This document shows positions 31,885 through 43,197 of a stretch of 64,000 nt of DNA, piece after piece. The stretch comes from Candidatus Aquidulcis sp. (GTDB lineage: Bacteria > Chloroflexota > Limnocylindria > Limnocylindrales > Limnocylindraceae). The stretch's first letter is position 1. Each line of letters starts with the position of its first letter. Made by a program: the position numbers and the translations under genes. Below the pieces are notes generated by a model. It saw only the letters and a program-made list of their open reading frames with translations. It did not search any database and had not been told where the DNA came from. The stretch is from the NCBI GenBank assembly GCA_003670455.1, contig QWRK01000001.1, forward strand, positions 15,914-79,913, written 5' to 3'.

Positions 31885-33329
31885 CGCGTCAGTTCGGCCG
31901 CGAGCTCCTCAAAGACCCCAAGGTAGTGGTCGGCGTCAGCGGGGGTCATGGTGATGGAGAGGGTCCACTCCTCGTCGCGACCTGGCGTGCTGAAGATCCC
32001 ACGGTTCATGTTCCAGAGCCAGACGAGATCGATGAGCTCCTTCTGCTGGGCGGACTTGTACGAGTCATAGTCCACCACCTTTGACTGGGCGAAGGTGATC
32101 ACGCCCTTTGACTCGATCCCCGCCGCATAGGCGGCGAGCTTGTAGCGGTCAATGATCCCCTGGGCGCCGTCAAGAAGCTGGTCATTGAGGCGTCCGAGGT
32201 GTGCGTACGCATCTGGGGTCATCACGCGCTCCAGATTGGCGCGCGCCGCCGCCATCGCGAGCGGATTGCCGTTGAACGTACCCACCATATAGACATCACC
32301 AGAGTCGACCATCGCCCACATCTCGTCGCTGCCGCCAATCGCCCCCGTCGGAATGCCGGCACCGAGCGCCTTGGCGAGGCAGACAAGGTCGGGCTTGATG
32401 CCGAAGAGCTCAGTCGCGCCACCCGCTGCAACGGTGAGGCCAGTCTTCACCTCATCAACGATCCAGACGACACCGAACTTCTTGGTGATGCGTCGCACAT
32501 CGGCGAGATAGCCGGGCTCTGGCAAGATGACGCCGCAGTTCATCATCGCGGCCTCCATGATCAAGCAGGCGGGGAGACGACCTTCCCCCTGCAGTTCGGT
32601 AAGTCGTCGCTCAAGCACACCAGCATCATTGAATGGCACCGCCGTCGTCATCTGCGTGACGGAGTCTGGGATTCCCTTGCCGTAGGCGATGGATGGGTAG
32701 TGCTCGCGATCGCTCCCCTCGTACACCGAGAGTCCGATATCGACCATCACGTAGTCGTGGTGTCCGTGGTAGCTGCCGAAGATCTTCATCACACCGTCGC
32801 GGCCGGTTGCGCCACGAGCGAGTCGGATCGCATCCATGGTGGCTTCAGAGCCGGAGTTGACGAAGCGCCAGCGGGGGAGTCCCCAGCGCGCCGCGAGATG
32901 CTCAGCCACGATGTAGGTGTCTTCGGTTGGCGCGGCGAAGTGTGAGCCGAGTCGAATGCGTCGATCCACGGCCTCGGTGATGATCGGATGTGCATGACCC
33001 TGCACCATGCTGCCAATGCCGTTGTGCACGTCGAGGTACTGGCGACCATCAACGTCCCACACGTACTGCCCCTGCCCTCGGTCGAGGTAGATCGGCCACG
33101 GTGCGCGCTTCTGGTAGCTCGATGAGACGCCACCAACGAGTGAGCGCTTGGCGCGTTCGTAGGCGGCCGCCGAGCCCTGGGTGCGGGCGTCAAGGCGCTC
33201 GGCCTCGCGGGCGGTCAACTCCTTGATGCGGGCAGGGTCGATCTGAACCGTGGGGGTGACGGGTGGCTCCGCGCGATGGGGAGCCGGCGCCGAGGTTGGT
33301 GCGAGGTGCCGAAGTGGTTCGATCGCCAT
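31881..33329 (-). CDS. Class III PLP-dependent aminotransferase (glutamate-1-semialdehyde aminomutase-like) with ~60-aa N-terminal extension
   Basis: 'GSEATMDAIRLARGATGRD...GSYHGHHD', 'VDEVKTG' PLP-lysine region. Confidence 0.7.
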   Translation of the reverse strand: MAIEPLRHLAPTSAPAPHRAEPPVTPTVQIDPARIKELTAREAERLDARTQGSAAAYERAKRSLVGGVSSSYQKRAPWPIYLDRGQGQYVWDVDGRQYLDVHNGIGSMVQGHAHPIITEAVDRRIRLGSHFAAPTEDTYIVAEHLAARWGLPRWRFVNSGSEATMDAIRLARGATGRDGVMKIFGSYHGHHDYVMVDIGLSVYEGSDREHYPSIAYGKGIPDSVTQMTTAVPFNDAGVLERRLTELQGEGRLPACLIMEAAMMNCGVILPEPGYLADVRRITKKFGVVWIVDEVKTGLTVAAGGATELFGIKPDLVCLAKALGAGIPTGAIGGSDEMWAMVDSGDVYMVGTFNGNPLAMAAARANLERVMTPDAYAHLGRLNDQLLDGAQGIIDRYKLAAYAAGIESKGVITFAQSKVVDYDSYKSAQQKELIDLVWLWNMNRGIFSTPGRDEEWTLSITMTPADADHYLGVFEELAAELTR

Positions 33330-33455
33330 ATCAATACATCCTTCTCTGCGGATTCCGCAGTGCGGACCGCTGTGGGTACGATTCTAGCACCGTAGGGGGG
33401 GTGAGGGTACGGATATCGCAGCCCACGAGGGATTTACGCACGAGCCGTGCGGGGG

Positions 33456-34091
33456 TTAGCGGGTGGCCAGGCGCTCCGCTGCGGCGATGGCGATCAGGCT
33501 CTTGGCGTCCACGATTGCCCCGCGACGGACCGCCTCGGCCGCCTCGGCAATGGTCAGCCGGACCGCCTCGATCGCCTCATCCTCGTCGGGGGTGCGGGCG
33601 CCAGGCCCTGCCGCCGAGAGTCCCAGGGCGAGGTAGAGCTCCATGCGCTCGCTCGTGAACCCCGGGGCGGTGAAGAAACTCCGAAGGTGGCGCCAGGTCG
33701 TTGCGCGAAGCCCCGTCTCCTCTTCGAGTTCGCGCTCGGCGGCCAACTGCGGCTCCTCTGTCACGCCGTCATGCAGGTCAAGCGTGCCAGCCGGCACCTC
33801 AAGGAGCAGCTGCCCCACTGGGGCTCGGAACTGACGAACGAAGAGCATCTCGCTTGCCGGCGTAACCGCCGCATCACTTGGGGCGTCAATGGCGAGGATC
33901 GCCACGGCCCCCGGGTGGCCAACGATGTAGCGCACATGCTGATCACCACCGGTGCGCTGCACCGTCGTTCGGCGCCACTCCATGTACGCCGCCTGCACCA
34001 CCAGGTCCGAAGCGACAACGACCTCGTTGAGTTCGCCAGGCTCTAGCAGCGCCGTAAGGCGCGCACCAAAAGCATCATCACCAAATCGCAT
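33456..34091 (-). CDS. NUDIX hydrolase (ADP-ribose pyrophosphatase-like)
   Basis: Nudix box 'GVTEEPQLAAERELEEETGL'. Confidence 0.8.
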   Translation of the reverse strand: MRFGDDAFGARLTALLEPGELNEVVVASDLVVQAAYMEWRRTTVQRTGGDQHVRYIVGHPGAVAILAIDAPSDAAVTPASEMLFVRQFRAPVGQLLLEVPAGTLDLHDGVTEEPQLAAERELEEETGLRATTWRHLRSFFTAPGFTSERMELYLALGLSAAGPGARTPDEDEAIEAVRLTIAEAAEAVRRGAIVDAKSLIAIAAAERLATR

Positions 34092-34105
34092 GCGGTAGCG
34101 CCGAT

Positions 34106-35185
34106 CTAGCGGATTGCCGCGCCGGTGACCGAATCGAAGAGGTGCAACTTCTCGAGCGAAAGGGCGAGCTGCACCTTGGTGCCACGCGGTGTCTTGTGCT
34201 CGGAGCCGATCAGGGCCAGCACCTCACCACTCTTTGTCGAGAAGTGGAGCAACTCTTGCGCGCCGAGATACTCAACAACGTCAGCGGTCAGCTCAATCTG
34301 CGCTGAGCCCTTCTCGGCCTTGCCGAACTCAAGGTGCTCTGGTCGGAAGCCGATCGTGACGCTGGTGCGCCCCTCGAGCTCCTTTGCACGAGCATCACTG
34401 ATCTCAATGGCGATATCGCCCGCCTTCACGTGGCGGCCGTCAACGGTCGCCTCCAGCAGGTTCATTGCGGGTGAGCCGATGAAGCCGGCGACGAAGCGAT
34501 TCACGGGCAGGTCGTACAGATCCTGCGGGGTGCCAACCTGCTGCAATTTTCCGTCGCTCATCACGGCGATGCGCGTCCCCATCGTCATCGCCTCAACCTG
34601 GTCGTGCGTCACATAGACGACGGTGGTATTGAGGCGGGCGTGCAGGCGCAAGATTTCGGCGCGCGTCTGCACGCGCAGCTGCGCGTCAAGATTCGAGAGC
34701 GGCTCATCCATCAGGAAGACGGCTGGCTCGCGGACGATCGCGCGCCCAAGAGCGACGCGCTGGCGCTGGCCGCCGGAGAGCTCCTTCGGCTTGCGTGAGA
34801 GGAGCTTGGTGAGGTCAAGAATCGCGGCCGCCTCGTTCACGCGGCGCTCGATCTCGCCCTTCTCAATCTTGCGCAGTTTGAGGCCGAAGGCGAGGTTGTC
34901 TCGCACGGTCATATGCGGGTAGAGGGCGTAGCTCTGGAAGACCATGGCGATGTCGCGGTCCTTCGGGGCGATGTCGTTGACGACCTTGTCACCGATCAGC
35001 AGGGTGCCGTCGGTGATCTCCTCGAGCCCAGCAATCATGCGTAGCGAGGTGGTCTTGCCGCAGCCCGATGGGCCCACGAGCACCATGAACTCGCCATCCT
35101 TGATCTCAAGAGAGAGGTCGTCGACGGCGAGGACCTCGCCGTACTTCTTGGAGACACCCTGGAACGTGACCGTAGACATAAGCAC
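34106..35185 (-). CDS. Sugar ABC transporter ATP-binding protein (MalK/UgpC/MsiK type), no cognate permease adjacent
   Basis: Walker A 'GPSGCGKTT', signature 'LSGGQRQRVALGRA', C-terminal TOBE domain. Confidence 0.85.
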   Translation of the reverse strand: MLMSTVTFQGVSKKYGEVLAVDDLSLEIKDGEFMVLVGPSGCGKTTSLRMIAGLEEITDGTLLIGDKVVNDIAPKDRDIAMVFQSYALYPHMTVRDNLAFGLKLRKIEKGEIERRVNEAAAILDLTKLLSRKPKELSGGQRQRVALGRAIVREPAVFLMDEPLSNLDAQLRVQTRAEILRLHARLNTTVVYVTHDQVEAMTMGTRIAVMSDGKLQQVGTPQDLYDLPVNRFVAGFIGSPAMNLLEATVDGRHVKAGDIAIEISDARAKELEGRTSVTIGFRPEHLEFGKAEKGSAQIELTADVVEYLGAQELLHFSTKSGEVLALIGSEHKTPRGTKVQLALSLEKLHLFDSVTGAAIR

Positions 35186-35270
35186 CCTCCTCGCTGGCTG
35201 GCCCCTCTATGGGGGCATCCCGCCGCGCCGCGAGTCTATCAGCGCGCAAGGGCCAGGGCGGCTGCTGTCG

Positions 35271-36562
35271 CTACTTCTCCGCGACCCCCGTCGGCATCTC
35301 CTTGATCCTCCAGACCGGCCCAAAGAGGAGGGGGACGAAGGCGAAGCTGCCCCCGATCCCGCCAATGATGAGCGCCTCCCGCAGCCCCAGGTTGGTGCCG
35401 ATGATCCCTCCGAGCAAAGCGCCGATCGGAATCGTCCCCCATACGAACCAGCGCATCGTGGCATTCATGCGACCCGACATCTCGGGCGGGGTGAGTGCCT
35501 GACGCAAGCTCACCTGGTTGATGTTGTACAGGGTGCCCGATGCAGCCGCGGCAAAGAAGCCGCGCCGATCACCAGTGCATTTAGTAGATCGTTCCCTGGC
35601 TGGCAGAAGGCGAGCACTACCAGCATCGGCCCGCCCAGCGGGATGGTGAGCACGATGGTTCGGCCAACGCCGATCTTCTTGGAGATTCTGTCGGCGAGCA
35701 CGGCGCTGAGAAGCCCACCAGCCGATCCAAGCGTTGATGCGAAGCCGATGAGCGCCACGGAGAGGCCGAGCACGTTGTAGGCGAAGAGCAGTTCGACGGT
35801 TCCGGCAATGCTGCCAAACAGGTTGGACGTTGCGGTGGCGCCGCCAATCGTGCGCAGCGCAGGGTGGCCAAAGACGTAGCGAAGTCCGGCGGTGATGTCA
35901 GATCGCAACGAGGCGCGCGGCGTATGAGCAGCTGGCGCCGCGGCGTCGTTCTGCTCGGCGACGGACTCGTGCTGCGGCTTGATGGAGAAGATGAAGAGCG
36001 CGGAGAAGACGTACGAGATGGCGTCAATCACCACCGCCGCGGGCGCTTTCACAGCGGCGATCAGTGCGCCAGCGAGGCTCGGCCCAAGGAGCCCTGCGGC
36101 AGAACGGCTGATCTCGAGCTTGGAGTTCCCCTCAACAAGATCCTCCTTCGGAATCAGTGATGGGAGGTAGGCCTGATAGGCGACATCGAAAAAGACGGTG
36201 AGGGTGCCAAGCAAGAGGCCAACAATGACCAACTGCGGAATGGAGAGGATGCCGAGCGCGTACGAGATTGGCAGCGTCAGTAGTAGGAGGGCGCGGCCAA
36301 GGTCGCCAACGATCAGGACGCCGCGTCGTGGAAGGCGATCGACAAGTGCACCAATGAGGAGCCCAAAGACCAGGAAGGGGAGGAAATCGGCGAGATTGAT
36401 CAGCGCGATCTCCATTGGCCCTGCGTTCAGGAGCTGAATCGCGACAATCGGCATCGCCAGGTGGCTAAAGCTGGAGCCGAAGTGACTAATCGTCTCGGCA
36501 GTCCAGAGGCGGACGAAGCCCGGGTCGTTAATCAGGCGACGGCGAGGTGCGACTGTGGGCAT
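35271..36562 (-). pseudogene. MFS transporter interrupted by a frameshift near 35520-35570
   Basis: TM helices 1-10 lie in ORF 35510-36562, which ends in an out-of-frame tail; helices 11-12 continue in overlapping ORF 35271-35513. Confidence 0.55.
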
Positions 36563-36581
36563 GGGACGCTCCTCAAGTGGG

Positions 36582-36657
36582 TGGGGTGGCCAGAGGGAAT
36601 TGAACCCTCATCTGCGGCTCCACAAACCACGGTCCTAACCATTGAACGATGGCCACC
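36582..36657 (-). tRNA. tRNA-His (anticodon GTG) with encoded G-1 and 3' CCA
   Basis: Hand-folded: acceptor GTGGCCA/TGGCCAC, G-1:C73 pair, D arm GTTC/GGAC, anticodon loop TTGTGGA, T arm GAGGG-TTCAATT-CCCTC. Confidence 0.8.
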
Positions 36658-36756
36658 AAGTCAGCCGCCATCTTACCCTGCGGGGAGGGGGGTGGCGCAG
36701 GGTAGACTGGGGGTCGGCGCCCTCCCAGAAGGGTGGCGCCCGTAGGGAGGGTCAAG

Positions 36757-37443
36757 ATGCAGATTCGACGCGCAATGCCCGCCATGGGACGCATTCCCGC
36801 CGCCGAGTACGGCGTGACGCTGGGCGACTTCTTCTTCCCCGTCTTCCTCGGCGAGCGCCTCGGCGCCCGACTGCAAGGTCTCGCGCTGGCCGTCGTCGGC
36901 GCGGCGATCGTGGCCGCCTCCGCCCAGATCGTGATTCCACTCCCTGGCACCCCTGTACCCATCACCGGGCAGACCTTCGGTGTGCTCTTGGTTGGTGCAG
37001 CCCTTGGCGCGCGCCGCGGCCTTGCGTCGATGGCGCTCTATCTCGCCCTCGGCATCCTCGGCGCACCGATCTTCCGCGAGGGGAGCCACGGCATTGAGAA
37101 GTTCTTCGTCTCTGGCGACGCAGGTCTCCTGCAGTTCGCCCCAACTGGTGGCTACCTCGTCGGCATGCTCTTCGCCGGATGGATCGTTGGGCGACTCGCC
37201 GACCTCGGCTGGGATCGCAGCGTGATCGGCACGATTGCCGCCATGGCGATCGGCAGCTTGATCATTTACAGCTTCGGCGTGCCGTGGCTCGCTGCCTCTG
37301 CCAGCCTTGACATCGGCGTTGCAATTGAGAAGGGGGTCGCCCCATTCCTGCTCGGCGATGCGATCAAGCTCGCACTGGCGGCTGCGGTCTTCCCTTCGGC
37401 CTGGTGGTACGTGAACCACGGCCGGAGCGACGGTCCACGCTGA
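36757..37443 (+). CDS. bioY: BioY-family biotin transporter (ECF S component)
   Basis: ~6 TM, BioY-like 'LGxxGAPIF' region; start ATG 36757 with GGGAGG SD. Confidence 0.65.
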   Translation: MQIRRAMPAMGRIPAAEYGVTLGDFFFPVFLGERLGARLQGLALAVVGAAIVAASAQIVIPLPGTPVPITGQTFGVLLVGAALGARRGLASMALYLALGILGAPIFREGSHGIEKFFVSGDAGLLQFAPTGGYLVGMLFAGWIVGRLADLGWDRSVIGTIAAMAIGSLIIYSFGVPWLAASASLDIGVAIEKGVAPFLLGDAIKLALAAAVFPSAWWYVNHGRSDGPR

Positions 37444-37462
37444 TCTAACGGCGACGCACCTG

Positions 37463-38998
37463 ATGCGTCGACCCGTTCGCGCCGCGCTTCTCGCCTTCGA
37501 CCTAGGGAGCACCTCAGTCAAAGCACTCCTGATCAACGCTGAGACTGGCGCGCCAATCGCGATTGCACGTCGCGCGACGAGTGGCGGGGCCGATGCGCGC
37601 GAACAGGATGCCGACACGTGGTGGGAGGCGATCTGCGCCGCCACCCACGAGGTGATGGCGCAGGCAACGGCTCAGAGCCCTGATGCGATTGAGGTTCGTG
37701 GGATCGGCGTTGATGGCCACGGACCATCGTTAACCCCAGTACGTGCCGATGGGAGCGCCGCTGGTCCGGCCCTGATGTGGCGCGACCGCCGTTCGGCCGA
37801 CGACGAGGCCGCACTCGCAAAGATTCTTGGACGTGGCGGATGGCTCCTCGGCGAACTGCCGAAGGCGCGGTGGCTTATTCGCGAGCGCCCTGAAATCGCC
37901 GCCGCATCGACGTGGCTCCTCTCGTCGTGGGATGCACTCACTCTGCGACTCTCTGGTGAGGCGGTCAGCGCCTTCTGGGATCCCGCGCGAAGCGTTTCGC
38001 CCGCCCAGCGCAGCGCGCTGCTCGCTGCAGGTCTAGATGAGCGAGCACTCCCGCCTGAGGTATTCCCGGGCACCAGAATCGGCACTCTGCTCCCTGGCCC
38101 AGCTGCAGATCTCGGCCTCCCCGCCGGCCTGCCGATCGCGGCAGGGATGAACGATGGCCTCGCCGCCGTTGTTGGCGCTGGTCTCACCGATCCCGGGCTC
38201 GGCGTCGATGTGGGTGGCACCGCGGGTGGCGTCGCCGTTGCGGCAACTCCCGTGGAGGCAGCGCGCATCACCGCTGCACTCCCTGGTCGCCTCTGGGCAG
38301 GACCGACTCCAGCACCGTTCGGCGACGGGGTGATCCTTGGCGGCGCATTCGCAGGTACCGGCCGACTCCTTGAGTGGGTCGTTACGGAGCTGCTCGCCAA
38401 TGATCCAGCAGCGGCGCCTGCGCGCCGCGCTGAACTCTTCCACGCCGCCGCTGCACTGCCACTCGGCGCCGATGGACTCATGGCGAAACCAATCTCGAAC
38501 CTTGGCTGGAGCAGCCCTCGCTCCGCCGATGATGCATTCGTTGGGCGAACGGATCAGCACCGCGCAGCGCACCTGGTGCGCGCAGCGATCGAGGGGGGCG
38601 CCCTTGCCGTCGCGCACCTGCTCGCGCCAGCGATTGAAGCCGGGCTGCAGATCAGCGAGATGCGCCTCTCGGGTCCAGCAACCGGCGCAGCACCTGGGCC
38701 GCTCTCTGGCGGCGAGTCTGTCTCCGCGCCACTGATTCAGCTGCGCGCCGATCTCTTCGGTGTGCCCGTGGTGATTGGCCAGAACCCCGAGGCATCGGCG
38801 GCAGGCGCTGCCGCCCTTGCCGGCGTCGCGGCCGGCACCTTCGCCAACCTTCGCGAAGCCTCACACGCAGTTGCGGCGCCAGCGCATCGCGTGGAGCCCG
38901 ATCAACGCGCACAGGAACGTGCGCGGGAGCTTCTACAGAAACATGGCGAACTCGCTGCGGCGACGGGGGAGAGCGGCGCGGGTCGCCGCGAGGACTAA
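37463..38998 (+). CDS. FGGY-family carbohydrate kinase
   Basis: N-terminal '[14 protein letters not shown]' and FGGY C-terminal domain. Confidence 0.75.
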   Translation: MRRPVRAALLAFDLGSTSVKALLINAETGAPIAIARRATSGGADAREQDADTWWEAICAATHEVMAQATAQSPDAIEVRGIGVDGHGPSLTPVRADGSAAGPALMWRDRRSADDEAALAKILGRGGWLLGELPKARWLIRERPEIAAASTWLLSSWDALTLRLSGEAVSAFWDPARSVSPAQRSALLAAGLDERALPPEVFPGTRIGTLLPGPAADLGLPAGLPIAAGMNDGLAAVVGAGLTDPGLGVDVGGTAGGVAVAATPVEAARITAALPGRLWAGPTPAPFGDGVILGGAFAGTGRLLEWVVTELLANDPAAAPARRAELFHAAAALPLGADGLMAKPISNLGWSSPRSADDAFVGRTDQHRAAHLVRAAIEGGALAVAHLLAPAIEAGLQISEMRLSGPATGAAPGPLSGGESVSAPLIQLRADLFGVPVVIGQNPEASAAGAAALAGVAAGTFANLREASHAVAAPAHRVEPDQRAQERARELLQKHGELAAATGESGAGRRED

Positions 38999-40140
38999 GC
39001 CTTCCGCTTCGCCTTCGGAGCAGATTTAGCAGCCGCCTTCGGCTTGGCGACAGGCTTTACCTTCGTTGCAGCCTTTACGGCGAGCGCAATCTCACGGCGG
39101 CCGGCAGCGGTTGTTGCCGCAGCGCCGTCAGCGAGTGGGAAGTGGCAGGCAACATTCACCGTCACATCGCGGGGTGTGGCGACCAGCTTCGGCTCTTCGG
39201 TCGAGCACTTCTCTGGGTTGCCCAGCTGCTCACGCAGCCAGCAGCGCGTGCGGAAGCGGCAGCCCGATGGTGGCGAGATCGGCGATGGGATCTCGCCCTC
39301 AAGAATGAGGCGATCCTTGACGTCGTGCGCCTCCACCTTTGGCACGGCGGAGATGAGTGCCACGGTGTACGGATGCTGCGGCTTGGTGAAGACTCGGTCT
39401 ACCGGCCCGATCTCAACGACCTTGCCGAGATACATGACGGCGACGCGGTCCGAGAAGTAGCCGACAACGTCAAGGTTGTGGCTGATGAAGAGGTAGGTCA
39501 GCCCCTTCTCGTTGCGCAGATCGGTGAGCAGGTTCAGTACCTGGCTCTGAATCGAGACGTCGAGCGCTGACACCGGCTCATCGAGCACGATGAACTCTGG
39601 GTTTACCGCAAGGGCGCGGGCGATGCCAATGCGCTGTCGCTGGCCGCCCGAGAACTCATGCGGGTAGCGCGATGCGTAGTTTGGATCGAGGCCGACGAGG
39701 TCGAGCACTTCGCGCACGCGCTTCTCGCGGGCGGCATGTTCACCAAGCTTGTGGGCGAGGAGGCCCTCTTCGATCTGGTCGCCGATCGGGAGGCGCGGAT
39801 TCAGCGAGCCGAACGGATCCTGGAAGACGATCTGCATGCGCTTGCGCAGCGCTCGGCGCTCTGCGGCGGAGAGCTTCTTGATCTCGCGGCCATCAAAGGT
39901 GACGGAGCCGGCGGTGGTTGGCTGCAGGCCGAGGGCCACGCGGCCGAGCGTGGTCTTGCCAGAGCCCGACTCGCCGACGAGGCTGAGTGTCTCTCCGCGA
40001 GTCACCGTGAGGTCGACGCCGTCGACGGCGCGAACTGCAAGCGGCTTACGGATCAGTGGAATACCACCGCGCACCTGGAAGTGGCGCTTTACGCCAACGA
40101 GCTTGAGGAGCTCGCGCTTATCTGCAGGCTTGCCACTCAT
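38995..40140 (-). CDS. Peptide ABC transporter ATP-binding protein (OppF/DppF type) with Lys/Ala/Pro-rich C-terminal tail
   Basis: Walker A 'GESGSGKTT', 'LSGGQRQR'; tail '[28 protein letters not shown]'. Confidence 0.85.
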   Translation of the reverse strand: MSGKPADKRELLKLVGVKRHFQVRGGIPLIRKPLAVRAVDGVDLTVTRGETLSLVGESGSGKTTLGRVALGLQPTTAGSVTFDGREIKKLSAAERRALRKRMQIVFQDPFGSLNPRLPIGDQIEEGLLAHKLGEHAAREKRVREVLDLVGLDPNYASRYPHEFSGGQRQRIGIARALAVNPEFIVLDEPVSALDVSIQSQVLNLLTDLRNEKGLTYLFISHNLDVVGYFSDRVAVMYLGKVVEIGPVDRVFTKPQHPYTVALISAVPKVEAHDVKDRLILEGEIPSPISPPSGCRFRTRCWLREQLGNPEKCSTEEPKLVATPRDVTVNVACHFPLADGAAATTAAGRREIALAVKAATKVKPVAKPKAAAKSAPKAKRKA

Positions 40141-41177
40141 CGCGCCGCCCCCTTCTTGGTTGTAGAAGCCTTGCGCTTCCCTGCGGCGGTGCCGTCGAGC
40201 ACTTCCTTGGTGCGAATGCAGCGAACGAGGCGCCCATCCTTGAGTGGCTCGAGTGGTGGCACGGCCGTCGTGCAGGCATCAATCGCGTAGCGGCAGCGAG
40301 GGGCGAAGCGGCAGCCGGCTGGGAACGCGTCAGGCGACGGCACCATGCCAGTGATGGTGTTGAGCTTCTTGCCACGTGCGGCGAACGAGGGGACTGAGGT
40401 GACCAGGTCACGCGTGTAGGGGCTCGCTGGCTCGCGCAGCACGCTGGCGGCCTTGCCCGTCTCAACGATCTGGCCCGCATACATGACGGCGATGCGGTCG
40501 GCCGTCTCGGCTACGACACCAAGGTCGTGGGTGATCAGCAGGAGTGCGGCACCACGCTCGGTGGTGGTGCGGCGCAGCAGGTCAAGCACCTGCGCCTGAA
40601 TGGTGACGTCGAGAGCGGTGGTCGGCTCGTCGGCAATGATCATGGACGGCTCGCCCGAGAGGGCCATGGCGATCATCGCGCGCTGGCGCATGCCGCCCGA
40701 GAGTTGGTGTGGGTACTGCTTGGCCCGCTGATCTGGCTGCGAGATCTCAACCTGCTCCAGGTAGCCGATTGCCAGCTTGTGCGCCTCTTTCCAGCTCAAC
40801 TTGCGGTGGGCAACGATCACCTCGGCGATCTGCTCACCAATCGTGGTGACTGGGTTGAGGGCCGAGAGTGGCTCCTGGAAGATCACGCCGATCCCACCTC
40901 CACGAATTGGGCGGAGCGCCTCTTCGCTCAGGCCAACGAGTTCGCGACCCTTGAACTTGACCGAGCCTTCGATGATTGCCTGCTTGCGGCTGAGCAGCGA
41001 GATGATTGCCATCGCCGAAACGGTCTTGCCGGAGCCCGACTCGCCAACAATCGCCAGGCACTCACCGGCGGCGAGGTCGAATGAGACACCGTCAACGACG
41101 CGCAGCGTGCCGCGATGGGTGCGGAATGAGATGGCAAGATCGCGGACGCTCAGGAGTGGTGTCGTTGCCTTGCTCAT
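40137..41177 (-). CDS. Peptide ABC transporter ATP-binding protein (OppD/DppD type)
   Basis: Walker A 'GESGSGKTV', '[15 protein letters not shown]'. Confidence 0.85.
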   Translation of the reverse strand: MSKATTPLLSVRDLAISFRTHRGTLRVVDGVSFDLAAGECLAIVGESGSGKTVSAMAIISLLSRKQAIIEGSVKFKGRELVGLSEEALRPIRGGGIGVIFQEPLSALNPVTTIGEQIAEVIVAHRKLSWKEAHKLAIGYLEQVEISQPDQRAKQYPHQLSGGMRQRAMIAMALSGEPSMIIADEPTTALDVTIQAQVLDLLRRTTTERGAALLLITHDLGVVAETADRIAVMYAGQIVETGKAASVLREPASPYTRDLVTSVPSFAARGKKLNTITGMVPSPDAFPAGCRFAPRCRYAIDACTTAVPPLEPLKDGRLVRCIRTKEVLDGTAAGKRKASTTKKGAAR

Positions 41178-42106
41178 GCGCGTCGGCCCTCCGGCTCAAG
41201 GCTCTCGCGCAGCGCATCGCCCACCATGTTGACGGAGAGCGCTGTGAGCACAATGAAGAGTCCTGGGAATCCGACCCACCACCAGTTCCCCTGGAGGAAG
41301 AATTGCTGCGAGTTGGAGAGCATGTTTCCCCACGTTGGCGTGAGTGGCGATACACCGAAGCCAAGGTAGCTAATGAATGCCTCGCCGATGATCGCACCAC
41401 CAACCGCGAATGGGAATGAGACGACGACCGGACCAATGGCGTTCGGCAAGACGTGGCGCAAGGCGATGCGAACAGGTGAGACGCCGAGCGCACGTGCCGC
41501 CTCGATGAACTCCATCTCACGCAGAGCAAGCACCTGCCCGCGCACTAGTCGGGCGGTGCCCATCCAGCCAAATGCCACGAACACAATGATCACGGTCATG
41601 AGGCCCGTACCGCCAAGCTCAGAGATGATGCGTGCACCAACAATGATCACGAAGAGGCTTGGGATGGCCAGGAAGACGTCGACGAGGCGCATCAGGAAGC
41701 CATCGAGCTTGCCGCCAAAGTAACCGGAGATGATTCCGACAAAGGTGCCGATCGCGATACCACCGATTGCCGAGATGAATCCGATGAGGAGTGAGCCTCG
41801 GCCGCCGTTGACCGTGAGCATGAACACATCAAGTTGCAGCTGCGCCGTTTCACCAAAGATGTGCTCAGCGGATGGTGGCCGTCCAAGGAAGACGAACTCA
41901 CTCGGGTTCGGGATGCTGAAGCGGTCGTAGGGTGCGAAGAAGGGCCCCACGATGGCAAAGAGCAGCACAAATCCGAGGATGCGCAACCCCCACGGACCTT
42001 GTCGTCCAGCAAAGAAGCGGCGTCGCGCCTGTGCCCATGGGCTCTCTGAGCTGGCAGGCGCCTTTGCTTTTGGCGCGCTCTTGGAGCGGGCGACTGCTTT
42101 GCTCAC
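41174..42106 (-). CDS. Peptide ABC transporter permease (OppC/DppC type)
   Basis: BPD_transp_1 permease with EAA-like loop; overlapping stop/start. Confidence 0.8.
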   Translation of the reverse strand: MSKAVARSKSAPKAKAPASSESPWAQARRRFFAGRQGPWGLRILGFVLLFAIVGPFFAPYDRFSIPNPSEFVFLGRPPSAEHIFGETAQLQLDVFMLTVNGGRGSLLIGFISAIGGIAIGTFVGIISGYFGGKLDGFLMRLVDVFLAIPSLFVIIVGARIISELGGTGLMTVIIVFVAFGWMGTARLVRGQVLALREMEFIEAARALGVSPVRIALRHVLPNAIGPVVVSFPFAVGGAIIGEAFISYLGFGVSPLTPTWGNMLSNSQQFFLQGNWWWVGFPGLFIVLTALSVNMVGDALRESLEPEGRRA

Positions 42107-43197
42107 ATTCGCACGCGTGGATCGAGGATGGCGTAGAGCAGGTCGGCAACGAGATTGCCGATGACGACCATCACTGATCCGATCAGCAGGATGGACATGA
42201 GCAGCGGGTAGTCAAGGTTATTCGTGGCCTGCAACGTGAGGCGGCCAATCCCTGGCCACGAGAAGATGGACTCGGTGATGAGCGCTCCGCCGAAGAGGAA
42301 GGGGAGTGCGAGCCCGATGTTGGTGGCAAACGGCACCAGCGCGGTGCGCAACGCATGGCGCACGAGCACTCGAGCGCGCGTCAGACCCTTAGCGCGCGCC
42401 GTTCGCACGTGCTCCATTGAGAGCGAGTCAATCACGCTGGCACGCACGTAGCGCGAGTCACCAGAGAAGCTGACGATGACCAGTGTCATCACCGGCAGGA
42501 TGAGGTGCGCGCCAAGGTCTAGGAGCGCCGCCGCTGGATTCGTAGAGAAGTACGCCCAGTAGAGATCGCTACCGAATGCTGGCGATTCACGCCCATTCAC
42601 CATGCCATCGACTGGCGTGAGGTTGAGCACGATCGCAAAGACCCACATGATCAAGAAGCCGAGAAGGAAGGTGGGGAAGGTTGAGAGCACGTAGGTCACC
42701 GTTGTGACCGAATTGTCGAGCCGTCCTCCACTGTTCACGCCGGTGTACACGCCAACGAGGACCGCGAGCGTTAACCAGATGACGATGGAGAGACCGGCCA
42801 GGATGAGCGTGGGGAGCGCAGCGGCCGCGATGAGATCTGCCACGGACTCACCGTTGAAGTAGGAGTAGCCGAGCTCACCGTGAATGATGCCGGTATAGAC
42901 CCCAGAGATGGCTGGCGGGAGGAAGCTTGGGAAGCCCGTTGGCCCCACCAGCGCATCCAGACCGTCGGCATCCCTGCGGCACGCGCCGAGCCAGCGGCAG
43001 TACTGCACCGGCACTGGCTGATCGAGTCCGAGCGACTTGAGGTACCCCTCTTTCTGCGCAGCGGTGTACTTCGGGTTGAGCGCATATTTCTGCTCGGGTC
43101 CGCCTGGCGCAGCGAGGAGGAGGGCGTAGATGAGGACGGTGGAGCCAAGCATGATCGTGACGCCGAGCGCGATGCGCTTCAAAGCAAATTTGATCAT
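42103..43197 (-). CDS. Peptide ABC transporter permease (OppB/DppB type)
   Basis: Permease family; overlaps next gene by 4 nt. Confidence 0.8.
   Translation of the reverse strand: MIKFALKRIALGVTIMLGSTVLIYALLLAAPGGPEQKYALNPKYTAAQKEGYLKSLGLDQPVPVQYCRWLGACRRDADGLDALVGPTGFPSFLPPAISGVYTGIIHGELGYSYFNGESVADLIAAAALPTLILAGLSIVIWLTLAVLVGVYTGVNSGGRLDNSVTTVTYVLSTFPTFLLGFLIMWVFAIVLNLTPVDGMVNGRESPAFGSDLYWAYFSTNPAAALLDLGAHLILPVMTLVIVSFSGDSRYVRASVIDSLSMEHVRTARAKGLTRARVLVRHALRTALVPFATNIGLALPFLFGGALITESIFSWPGIGRLTLQATNNLDYPLLMSILLIGSVMVVIGNLVADLLYAILDPRVRM

Noticed and set aside
36573-36965. 130-aa minus-strand ORF
   Set aside because: Overlaps the tRNA-His gene and the bioY 5' region; artefact.
36673-37644. 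323-aa minus-strand ORF
   Set aside because: Antisense to bioY. Arg/Gly/Ala-rich low-complexity translation.
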